From assembly GCA_047495785.1 (NCBI GenBank), contig JBLDXI010000021.1:2170001-2234000 (forward strand): a DNA stretch of 64,000 bases. The letters are read 5' to 3'. This DNA is from Lepidodermella squamata. Taxonomy: Eukaryota; Animalia; Gastrotricha. The translations under genes and the position numbers were made by a program. Shown piece by piece: positions 12,101 through 23,455 of the stretch. The notes beneath the pieces are model-generated. The model searched no databases, had not been told where the DNA came from, and worked only from the letters and a program-made list of their open reading frames with translations. Each line of letters begins with the position of its first letter. Position 1 is the stretch's first letter.

Positions 12101-15100
12101 TTTGGGGGAATACCTCTGATACACAAAGGCGACAGACTTGAATTTTCGGAAAAGAATCATTAAGGGTAGCTCGGGTATGCAACGTTCCATATTGGTATGT
12201 TCATTATTCTATTTCTTTGGCCCATAGCAAATAGAATAAAACACAACATTCATAGATTGTAATTAGATTATAATATATCGATTCGTTAATCTAGAATGAT
12301 TCTCGATTTCGTCCGCCGATTAACCGCGACTAATAGTCGAATTGAATCGAATCTATTGACAGCATTATCTATTTAGTATTATCTGTAAATTGCCGATAAC
12401 ACGCCCATAGCTTCTAAATGAGCAGGGGAGTAAGTGAAACAGATACATCAAAGCTCTTCTTCTTACCGAGCTTCTTACCGAGCTTCTTACCGAGGAAAGG
12501 CCAAGGCATTCGAAGATTGAAAGAAAATTCCAATATCTTTAGCTTTAACGAAAATCTCTTTTTTAATTGCAGGATTTTGGTGGTGATGCTGCCGCGCACG
12601 TCTCGCCCGCAAATGATCTGAAGGGTATCCAAGCGTACGCAGCCACGGGCGGCGACCAGTTGCATACTCTTGCGACAGCGGTTGTCGACTACCGTGGATA
12701 TCGCGTTGTTGCTCAGTCTATCGTGCCCGGCATCCTCGAAAAGGAACAGGAGCAACTCGTCGTTTACGGGTCTTACGATTTCGGCAAGACTGTCGTCGTC
12801 AACGATAAGTACCATGACCTTCTGAAGAATTCTTGCCAAGCTCTTCGAATCCGGCCGCACAAGGTCCTGGACCATAACGGTCAGCCGGTCACCCTGTACA
12901 GCTCTGTCGACACGAAAGGCATCGTGGGAAATGACCGCCGGGATTACATCCTCGATTTGTTGAACACTATGCCGCCAGATATCAATTTCCGCACCGACGT
13001 CATTGACAAGGTTGAATTTTCGCAGAAATGTCGCGACGCTGGATTCCCTCGCCCTCACCCGCACAAACTTGCTCAGTTCAGACAGGAGTTCCTCGAAGCT
13101 TTCGTCGAAGATCGTTACGTTCAGTTTGTTCAGCTGGCTGCTAGCAAATTATCTGCGAATAAAACTCAGAAAACTGGAGAAGACGGCAAGCCGGAGGAGG
13201 AGACGCTGTCAGCCGAGGAGAAGACTGCTCAGGCCAAGAAAGTTATCCAAGAAGCGTGTATTGCGGTTGGGTCGTTGAACGATAACGACTTCGACATTTC
13301 ATTCAACCCGGACATGTTTCATCCGGTGGCGAAGAGCGCCGACTCTGCCGAGGAGCATGATAAGCAAGCGAAATTGCTGTCGGCCGCCGCTGATTTTATG
13401 GTTGGCACCCACATCCCGGCCTTCGTCGACGAAATTCGTAAATTTTCAATCATTCCCGTCGACGGCGCTAGTCTCGCCGAACACATGCATCGTCATGGCA
13501 TCAATATTCGGTACCTCGGCGAAGTGCTGCGCCACCTAGAATCGAAACCAGAAGTTCGCTATGCCGCCGATATTGCGATTGCCGAAATTATCACTCGTAG
13601 CGCGAAACACGTTTTCCGTGCTTACATGCAAGCAGTCGACCCGACTAACCTAGCAGCTGCCGTTTCGCATTTCCTCAACTGCTACTTCTCGACCTCGGCA
13701 TCCGCTTCGCCAAGTGGTGTCGGAATCGAAGAGCTATCTGGCGCTAAGGGCGGTAAGCGCAAAGGAAAGGGAAATAAAGCCAGCACTAGTCTCGGTCACA
13801 ACTGGGAGGTTTACGACGGTAATTGGGCCGCAGAGCGTATTGCCTCGATTTGGGCTCGCATTGTCGAACGTACCCGCTCTTACTACGGCGTCGACGTGCC
13901 GTATTATTCGTTCCAAGAGGCCGCCGATGTATTCAACCTGCGAGCTGTGCCGATGCTGCGTGCGTTCTGCCGCGCGACCGGCGTCCAGCTTACGGTAAAA
14001 GACTTCTTCATCCACCGCCAGACGCAAGCTTTTCGCGAAGACGACATTCGCGGCTTGTTCCCGCTGGTTCGCCATACCCTATCAAAAGCGTCAGACCCGT
14101 ACAATCTAATGGCGAGAAGCCACGTTTTGATCGGCCGTCGCGCCTACAAGGAAGCGATTGACGTTCTAAACGAAGCTCTGACTCTCTTCTCGAACATCTA
14201 TGGCGCCATGCATGTCGATATTTGCCTGTGTTTGAAAATCATGGCTCGTCTCCACTACATCACCCTTGAATGCACCGAGGCTGTCACTTGCCAGCACCGT
14301 GTCGTTGTAATGACTGAACGTCTTTACGGCGTTGACCACCCCAATGTAATCGGAGAATACACCAACTTCGCGCTGTATTGTGCCGCTGTCGGTCTCCTGA
14401 ACGAAGCCGTGCGTTTGATGTACCGTGCGAGGTATCTTTCGGTACTGAGCCATTCGGAGCGCCATCCGAATATCGCTATCATCGACACTCAGCTCGGTGT
14501 GCTGTTGTTGGGCCTTCAGGACCACGAAATGTCGATCAAGTACCTTGATAACGCGCTTGAGTTGTTCCGCAGCTTTTTCGGAGAGCGCAGCGACCAGTTT
14601 GCACTTTGCCGGCATCTGATGGCGAGGGTGTACGCACAACGCGGCGATTTTAAGGCCGCGCTCAAGTTCGAAGGCGTGGCCTACGAGTTCTATAAGGAGA
14701 AATACGGAGTGAATGACGAACGAGTTCGCGAGTCGTTGCGCCAGCGCCAAGTCTACACCCAACAGGCAGTTGACTTCGAGCGCACCCTCCGAGATCTGAA
14801 ATCTGACGCTGAGGAACAGCAGCAGCAAGGGAACTCGAAAGGAGGCAAGAACAAGCAAGACAAAGTTTCGCCTCGGTCAACCTTTTTCCTGCGCCCTATG
14901 ACCGTCAGCCAAATTATCGAGATGCTGAACATCATCCATGGACTTCAACCAGTCATTTCGTAAGTTATTCGATTGGATTCAAATCTTGACCTCCTGTAAA
15001 TATTGCTTTTTTAAAGGGTCCCGAGCATGCACATGCAGGCTGAGGGTGCCAACTCTGGCGAAAATGGCGAAGGTCAGACTCAACAAACAGCTACTGTTCA

Positions 15101-15305
15101 TTTAACCGATTCGCAGCTGTATTACTTGCTTCAAGGCCACCCTGCTGTCATTATCGAACAGCCAAACAGCCAAACATTGCAACAAAAAGCTGCCATTGAA
15201 GCTGCTTTGGGTGCGATGAACGCCGCGGCTGCTGCTGCGTCTGGACCTGTTGACGAAAATAAAACCGTTCAACACAACGACCCGATCATTACTGAAGTCG
15301 ATTGA
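6171..15305 (+). CDS. CLUH: Clustered mitochondria protein (clueless/CLUH); exons ~6171-6470, 7769-8604, 8856-8979, 9191-9472, 12573-14959, ~15017-15305
   Basis: [85 protein letters not shown]-terminal TPRs. Confidence 0.95.
9614..12367 (-). mobile_element. Highly decayed hAT-like DNA transposon inside the fourth coding intron of clu
   Basis: Degenerate ~80-bp inverted termini (GTGTTGTCAATA..CGATTCAAT..TTAATCGGCG..GAAA at ~9616-9700, versus the reverse complement of ~12280-12365); the minus strand near 11530-11605 reads [20 protein letters not shown], like the hAT 'L.PF..AT..L.G..Y.T.S.V.P' segment. Confidence 0.5.
12459..12494 (+). repeat. Tandem repeat (CTTCTTACCGAG)x3
   Basis: Three exact 12-mers. 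Confidence 0.9.
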
Positions 15306-16852
15306 GAGATAAACTCAACTATGCTAACAGAGTAATAACTTTTAATAATGATGCAAAGGTGGAGATGATTTCGGAGTGATGCATATTAAAATCCTTGCAT
15401 TCAATGCGACTACCTCGTTATTTTACGAGGAGAGCGAGAGCTTAAAAAAGCTTATCATAAATGCAGCTCGATTAGCTTTCTGATTTATAGCCCTCTAGTT
15501 ATACCTTCATCAAACCTCGTGACTACTCCCCGTGTCAGTGATTTTAGTTTAGCTTTGTTGACTATTATTTGTGCTGTAATCCTCAGTTTCTCTCAGGCTG
15601 TTTTTAGTTTCTTCTGCGAACTACTCTGCTACCCTCCGCTCGAATACTCCTTGATTTTGTATCAACAATTGAGCAATTTTGATCCGGTTTGCAAGGAGCG
15701 TTCGAGCAGTCGTGTCAAATGATGAAGTGAAATTGTCTTAGTCTGTAAATATTAATCAATTCGAGCGACGCATCTTTTACTAATTTTCTCACTGAAAAGC
15801 GCAGCTCACCTTTGCTGCGATTTACGACTGTATCAAAACATCTATCGATAGTTTTATAAACGAACTCTATTGTTGATTATTACTTCGATAAGGGTGCCTT
15901 TCTTAAGTTTAATCGATATACTTATTGTTTAAAGATCAACTTTACTATATTAGTGCGAATCAGTGCCAAAATACACGCAAAATATAAAGATATATATATA
16001 TATATACTTGAAAACAAAGAAAACATTTCTTTTAGCCACGCTTGTCTCACTTTTTGATTCAAGTCGCGTTACCGAATGATGATTACTTCTTCTTGTGGTT
16101 TTAGTTCGTGCTCAACCCGTCCTTCACCTGTGCACAGACTTGAGTGTCGCATATCCCGTGTATCCTGTTTGTAAATTTACCTCATTTGGGTGCTTATCAT
16201 TGTATTAATAGATTGATTTCCCTCATGATTCGAAGCACCGCCACTTTGTGTGTGTTTGAAGTTCGATGCCACCTGTTTTTTTAGCTTCCGTGTAAGACAA
16301 CACGATTGTTGTGAATCTTGGAGGAAAACTGTATTTACAAAAGCCGTCATCAGAGCTGCGAGATTCATCTAAGAGTTGTGAACACCCATCGATGAATAAT
16401 TATGATGATAATAAAGAGTGAAGACTTCTTATTTAAAGCTATCGCAGCATTACGTGATTTGTTTAAGATTGGTTTGAAGAGAACCTGGCTGTACTTCTCA
16501 AACGGAAATTATAATTTCACCTGTGTACGCCGTCTCTGGAGAGCAGTCTATACTTATTCGAAGAAATAAATGATGGCGAACTTGGAAACCTTGTGTGTTC
16601 ACTTAATGCGGTTGAAGGTCCCGTTAGTGGGAATGATATATAGCCAGTATTAAGAGCGACCTGAAAATGTCATAATAGTTTGGGCTTACCTGGTTCGCTG
16701 CGCAGACGCCGAAATGCTGAAATTCGACAACCTCTCAAATTTCCCCTCATTTTAACCTGTCAGAAGGCACCCCTCAGCTCAAGTGCCGTCAATTGGGGTG
16801 ACTTGGGCCAACCGAAAACATAAGCAGGTGTATTCTTTATAGTGTAGGACCA

Positions 16853-16870
16853 GAGAGAGAGAGAGAGAGA
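16853..16870 (+). repeat. (GA)n microsatellite
   Basis: Run of AG dinucleotides read directly. Confidence 0.9.
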
Positions 16871-17033
16871 CTCGAGGGTTCTCCAATGGGTTTATTCATT
16901 TATTATTTATTTTAGAGCCAATCATCCATTTGTAGAAGAAGTTGGAAAGCTCTGCTGTAAAAAGACAATGGATTAGTTAACTCGGATTTGATCAACTACA
17001 ATGGATAAGTTGAACTCGGCTTTCGAGCTGATA

Positions 17034-18271
17034 CAGTGCTCCCTCGATATAAGCAACCCCGATAAGAGCAATCCCTCGCTACTAGCAACTTTTTTTGGAT
17101 CCCGTTGATTTTATTTGTTAAAAAATTATTTTTCGTCAAATTAAAATTTTTTACATGCTAATTTTTAATTTACATGAAGAATTTGTTTACGTTAGCAACA
17201 GAATTGTAACGCTGCTCCTGGCGTTTTAGATTTTTCAGTTGGACGGCGGCGCGTCGTGATCTCTTGATCTCCATCTTTACAGATCGATGTTTTTTATCTC
17301 AGCACTGGCTTCAATTTTGAGATCGTGCGCGCGCGTTTGCTCTCTCGTATTTTTTCATTCACAAACACTACTACTAGCCATTGATGAGATTTTTTAAAGA
17401 ATGATAGTGATTACGCTACGGGTCAGGAAAAATGATTTAAAAAGCGATAAAAAGCAAACCGCTGATTATCTACTGTTTGGCCGAAGTGTTGAGAACAGAT
17501 AAAGGTGACATTCAAGCTTGTTGTATTCCATCAAAGCACATCACGAGGAACTGCCGTGAATCTGTTTTAATTCAATAGAATTCTGAAAAATTAAAGTTAG
17601 GATGTAGCTTCGACTCAAGATTCAAGCAAACTTCCAACAAGAGCCCTTCAGTTTTGGTCACGGATTTATGAGAAAAGATGCGTTTCAACCTTGGATAGGT
17701 TTTAGGCATCACAGTCTCCTAGCCGAGTTTTACCTAACATTGTTCGCTTATCCGCTAGTGTATTCATGGTTTGTCTTTGAACCAAATGGAATTGCTACAT
17801 TTAATTCCAATGAAGGCTTTCAAGCTTTGTTAACCTTCAAATTTCCAAATTCGGATCAATTAAATTAAAATATCGCATTCGAATTAAATGGCTCTCAAAT
17901 ATCGCTGGGTAAATTCGCGTAACCGAAGTGTCCTGATCATAAATGAAGAAATTATTCGATTAAATATTTCTCAGAAATTGTTAGAAAAATGTTAAAAAAA
18001 TTTCAGCCAGCTTAAAATACAATTGGAATTCAAATGATCAAACTTTGCATATATCAAATACTATCTACCACATCGAAAATCATTACATGAACACCAGATT
18101 ATCTTGGATATGGCTAACCAGTAAAATCAACGTCGCCCTAGCAACTGAGAAAAAAACCTGGCGACGCACTTATGATTCATCGCTAGCTCTTTAACAGCCC
18201 TCTATAAGAGCAACCCTCGATAAGAGCAATCGCGTGGATCCCGCCCCCTTGCTTATATCGAGGGAGCACTG
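17034..18271. mobile_element. Non-autonomous pogo/Tigger-like Tc1/mariner element, 1238 bp
   Basis: Perfect 23-bp TIR CAGTGCTCCCTCGATATAAGCAA (17034-17056 / 18249-18271), TA TSD (17032-33, 18272-73), subterminal GATAAGAGCAA repeats, no transposase ORF. Confidence 0.92.
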
Positions 18272-18711
18272 TAACGGGGTCGAGAGCTAAAACGTGTTCG
18301 GAATCGGCGACGAGACCGGTCTGTTATAGCCAGTCAGGTGTCGTAGAAATATCGAGCTAAGAACAGTTCCAGACATTCTCAATAAGAAAATGAATGTTTT
18401 CATGAGTCGAGTTTGTTAGGTGCCATGTGAAACCATTTTTTGGAAAGCGGTCTGCCTGCATTTTTTGCTGATTCGTTAAGCAATCAGAATCAGACTCCAG
18501 CTATCAGAAAATATTCGCTGCAGATAGATTTAGATCGGGAATATAGGTAATTTCAACACCAGCTTTTGCGAAATTGCAATCATAAAGCTTTTTATTACTT
18601 GGAATAATCAGAAAATTAATCATATTATCCATCACCGATTAGAAAAAATTACAACGATCATAAAGTCCACAATTTAAAACACGATCGATTGACTTCACGT
18701 CGATTCGCTGT

Positions 18712-20524
18712 CTATTTGGATTTATGGCAGCATTTTTGCTCGACGAGCTCGGCAGCTGCGGGCAATTTCGGCAAGACAAACGTGCCGAGTAGAGCATTCA
18801 AAGCAGCAGCGTTTGGCGGGTCAGTATGGAGCCAGTCACCGGCACCACCAGCGATATCAAGGTGGCAGAAAGCAAGTGGTTGCGCCGAATCGTTGCCATG
18901 AGCCTCAAGACCCGAAGCAATGACTATGAAAGCGCCAGGCGCCTGATGGCCGCGCGGCGTGCGTGCGGATGGACCGTTTCCGGCGGTTTGCAAAACATCG
19001 CCGTATTCGTTAGGGCAGCGCTGGGCGTTGTAGTCCTCTCGGCGGAGCGATGAAATTTCAAAGTTATCCACCAGAGCCTCTCCGCTGCGCTTCAGCTTTT
19101 GTCCAGTCTTCAGCTTTCGAGCTGGGCCGTTTTCCATGATTGCGGAATAGCCCTCGCCAAATGCCAAGAAAGCATGGCCAGTCAGCGTGGCAATGGTAAA
19201 CAACTGCGGTGGGTTCTTGTCCTTTCCAACGCGTTGAAGAGCGCGGTCTTTGAACTCACATAACACGTCTGACATGGCCATGCGACCCTCGGCATCGGTG
19301 TTGGTAATCAAAACACGGACACCAGATCGGGCCGTGATGATTTCATCCGCGACGTATGCCAGCGGGCCGATTTCATTGCGAACTAGAGCCATAGCGCCGA
19401 CAACATGAATTCCTGGAGGCTTAGTGTCGTGCAAGAACTTGAAAATGGCGGCGACCGTCGCAGCCCCGCATTTGTCACGATGCATGCCAGCCATGTGACC
19501 GTCAGTCTTCAGGTCGTGACCACCGGTATCGTAGACGACACCTTCAATTTTTATCAATAGATAAGAAAAACAAAAGAGGCTAAATAGGCTAACCTTTGCC
19601 AACTAGATAGATCGATTGCTCGATCTCCCCCTGAGCCGTGTATTCCAAGAATGCTATGCGTCCGTTGTGCTTCGGAACATCGGCAACACCTGAAATCAAA
19701 GAAGATAAAATAGTTCATCCCCTCTGCCAACCTATGATCTTACCTCGATTAACAGCAGCGAATAGAGGGTACTCCTTTTCGAACACTTTTTGGTCACATT
19801 TCACGGTGAGTGAAACTGGCGACGAGCCGGCTGGAAATAGCTTTTCCAAGTACTTGACAATATTTCCAGGCGTCATTCGCTCCGGGTCAGTGCCGCCAAT
19901 GTCGCGGAAGACCCATCTAGCAGCGTCGAGCTTCGAAGCCAAGTCCAAAAGATGCTGGCCATCAATTGGCAGTGATTTGAACTGAAAACCAACGTGTTCT
20001 GCCTTCTGTTTCTGTGCCGGTAGCAATTCGCGAGTCAAAAGTGGAACATAGAAGCCGTTCAGAGCACCTAAAGCAGCGACGAGCTGTGTGGTTTTTCCGA
20101 AATGACTCTCGTCAACGTTGATCGTCACATGAGGTCGTTTGCTGCCTGTCTTGAGTGCTTTTTGAATGCCCTTGAATACAAAAACACGCGTAAGTTTTAT
20201 CGCCCCTTTGTAACAATAAGAACCTTGTCAGCAGCCTCGAAAACCCTGCGGACGTCATCGTAGTCTCGGTTCAAAGGACCGGTGGGGGAGTAGATAAGGC
20301 GGTGGGGAGCCTTCTCAACACGGATCACAGCAACTCTCGCTCTCAGCGCCCTTGTTGATTTCCGCGTATTTGGCCAGAGCAGCTCCAAGGTCGGCATCAA
20401 CCGCCGCGACGGAAGCTATGTTTTCGCTGACGATGATTATGGAGTCATTGGACGGGTCATGACGATCGACGATTTTGAAATCGGGAGTCGTGTAGCCTCC
20501 GTCGACTTCAAAGGCTCGAGACAT
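18712..20524 (-). CDS. M17 leucyl aminopeptidase (4 exons), with an apparent +1 frameshift at ~20335
   Basis: RLIYSPTGPLNRDYDDVRR, DIGGTDPERM, KGVVYDTGGHDLK, DKCGAA, NTDAEGRM, ATLTGH, HLDIAG; the metal-binding residues are intact. Confidence 0.9.
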
Positions 20525-21731
20525 GATTGGTCTACTTAGGAAAATATTATTCCTATTTCCATAATTGTTGAATTTAACACCCGATAATTGTAAAACTGTA
20601 CTCCGACGATGACAGGCGGTTTGCAAGCTGGCGGTTAGCAAGCGCGCTAAAGCGTTATATCGAGGCCGTAAAATTATTGGACTGGGAAGCATCCCAAAAA
20701 TCACTACAGCAACATTAGCAATTGTTAAATCAAAGCCATTACTGCAATCATTTTCAAATATAGCTGCAAGCGGTTAGAAGCAAACGAATATGCTGCAAGT
20801 AAGGATGAAATTTGTTCAAAGAAGGTATTAGGCGGTAAGATAAGACCAAATTGCATTAAAACTGCGCATGGCCACATTGGATGATACGCGATGATAAGAG
20901 CGCGTTCAGTTGGTGGCGATAAAAAACTGTCGACAACAAGCATGTGCATGCACACCGTGCTATCAACTGTTCTGACACACGCACGCACATTTAAGCACGA
21001 GGCAGTGCCCGGCTGTAAAATGTTTCCATTACTTTTCAAACATACAGTGTAATTCTGAAAGGTCATCCAAATCATGAGCAGAGTCTTCGCCCTTGAGGTT
21101 TTTCAATTAATAATAAGAGAAAATTCCTCCAGATCGACATCAAATCACAATCATAGAATAGAAGCATTGAAGAAGAAAAAACGCGGCAGTATAAGGATAA
21201 GTGTTTGACGGATATTTTCGAACTATTAAAAACTGCCAAGGGAAATTATTAAACATGCTAGTTCGGAGCACATTTTTACTATGGCCGTGTCGAACATGCG
21301 CCTGTCAATGATGCGGCTGGGCGCCTTTCTGAATCACACTGAAAAGCTTGGTTATTTCCGGGCAACAATAAACTTACAAAAATTAATAGGAGAACGATTT
21401 TTAATGTTGCGCAAAATTTGATATAAGATATAAGATATAAATAATTTGACCCAAGCCGAATCCAAAATGGTTGCATCTCGTGCAAAAATTGCTAATTCGA
21501 ACGCTCGCCAAAGCTTGGCGTATTATTTACATGCTCTGCCCGTGAGCCAAAACTAAAACTTGATCTATAACAGTATTTTTAGGGAATCAGTTGACACCAG
21601 CACTCGACATGAGATCGCCTGATCTCTGGCTTACTTTGAGCTTAAAGATGTTTACGGATCAACGGCTGCTAAAATAAAAAAATTACTAACGAGCCAAGTG
21701 GCATGGAGGAATAGTGAAACTTACATGCATA

Positions 21732-22106
21732 ACGTCAACTGAGGTGGCTTTACACAGTGGGGTCTTTTTGACGAGTCAAACTGGGTTGACTTTGGCATAC
21801 CAAAAATAAAAGACGATATGGCAAATACCCCGTGAGTGGGGTACCGTTGGATAGCCAGCATGGACGTGTATATCAATCCATTTCTGGGCATATAATGACA
21901 GGTGACGCTATAGGAAAATTTCGAAAAATTACCATTTTCGTTGACACTTCGAGGCTTGCTTAAACAAAACCGCCTACTACAAATGGGGATCAAATAGCAT
22001 TTTAGGATTGCCCTTCCTCCAGGCTATCCAACGGTGTACTCCACTCACGGGGTCTTTACCTTATCATCTTTGATTTTTGGTATGCCGAAGTCACCCCAGT
22101 TGACGG
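21732..22106. mobile_element. MITE with long imperfect inverted arms (CCGTCAACTGGGGTGACTT-type ends)
   Basis: Arms ~21777-21857 and ~22022-22103 are reverse complements; TA flanks at 21730-31 and 22107-08; a solo end of the same family lies at ~16786-16820. Confidence 0.8.
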
Positions 22107-23455
22107 TATGTCACAGTAACTCGAGTTCAGCGTAAAATAGCTTAGCCTTGACGCAAATGCGCAACAGATGGAATATTGAGGCTTAAGGCCGGTGAACCTG
22201 AGATGTTTTGGCTCGCACGAGGTAGAGGCGAAATGACATTCATTCATTCAAAGCAATGGTCAATGCCAGCGCTCGGTAGATGGATTCTTTGTGCAGATTC
22301 TCCCGTCTTCCGGATTCTTGGCCCTTGAAACTTCAGACATTCCAGCGAAATTTCAATTCCGCAAAAATCCCTAATCTCGGTATATTCAAGGTGGTAAAAC
22401 TTAGAAAGGTACACGTTAACTTCTGCTTAAAGAATTTCCCGCTAATATTTTAAAAATCACATGCGGCAAATTATCAAAAGTTGATGAAAATAATAAAAAA
22501 TTGAGGTATATTAATAATTATGTATTGATTATTATTAAACGTCAAACAATCAATTTAGCGTGTTTTTTTCGGTTCGGTTTCCGCGTCGGTGACTTGTCCC
22601 CGATCGAAGAGGACGTTCGGAAGATGGTTGTGAGTGGTGGCTAGCATCGGCGTCTGTGAGGGTTACCTGTTATCTGGAGCCTGGAGTTCTGGCTTTACCG
22701 CAAACAACTTTATCCCACCGTGCCAATTTATTCGAATCGGGTTCCTTGTGCATAGTGCACATTCACTTTATTCCGGTTTACTCACTCTAATGTCTACACC
22801 CCCTTCAGATCTGTCCCAAACTCCAAACTGTTCATATTTTACTAATATTCGGCTTTGTATTGACCACCCTCTTGTTTTAAATCCTGGATAGGTATATTTT
22901 CGTGGACCCTGGACTCAAGGGATATTTATCTAGTGGGCTGGGAGAGTCCTGGCGGTTCAATGCAATCTTGTGGATTTCCCTTACCTCGGCTTTGTATAAC
23001 AGATATCAAGCCAGGTTGTATAAACTTTTTGTAGGTTGTAGAGGGAACAACGTCACTTTTCACTGCGTTCATTGTTGATGATTGATGCTCTGTGCACTGA
23101 ACATATTGCTCAGATGTTGCAGGTGGCGATCAAATTTGCACATTTTATGTTTTATGATGCTTGAACGTAACTAGTTCATTTCATCTCTTTCCACAGTGCA
23201 ACCGTTGGTCCTTAGCCTTCGATACACCTGGCTAATCCCAAAGCCAGTATACCTTTTCTCTGTCTTTGATCTTTTGCACTGTATTTAAATGCATATTAAA
23301 TATCTGAGCTTGCGATTGCGGTTATACTGGATAGGTTACCCAACTACCTAGGTTTGCTTGTTACGTACAGGCTTGTTACGAAAAGTATATCCGCCTTTCG
23401 CTTCGTTGTGTCCATGATCATTCTAATATTCTTGTTTTATGTAGTTGTTGTTTTA

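Noticed and set aside
12414-14935. Long antisense ORFs over clu (and similarly over CASC3, Slit and the GPCR)
   Set aside because: Shadow frames of GC3-rich coding exons; no motifs or splice logic of their own.
16684-16693. CTTACCTGG resembling the U1 snRNA 5' end
   Set aside because: It is the reverse complement of a splice donor; no U1 body follows.
21067-21180. Plus-strand CCAAATCATG MSRVFALE resembling the LAP start (CCAATCATG MSRAFEVD)
   Set aside because: Similarity covers only a few codons and the frame closes quickly; cannot support an inverted paralog relic.
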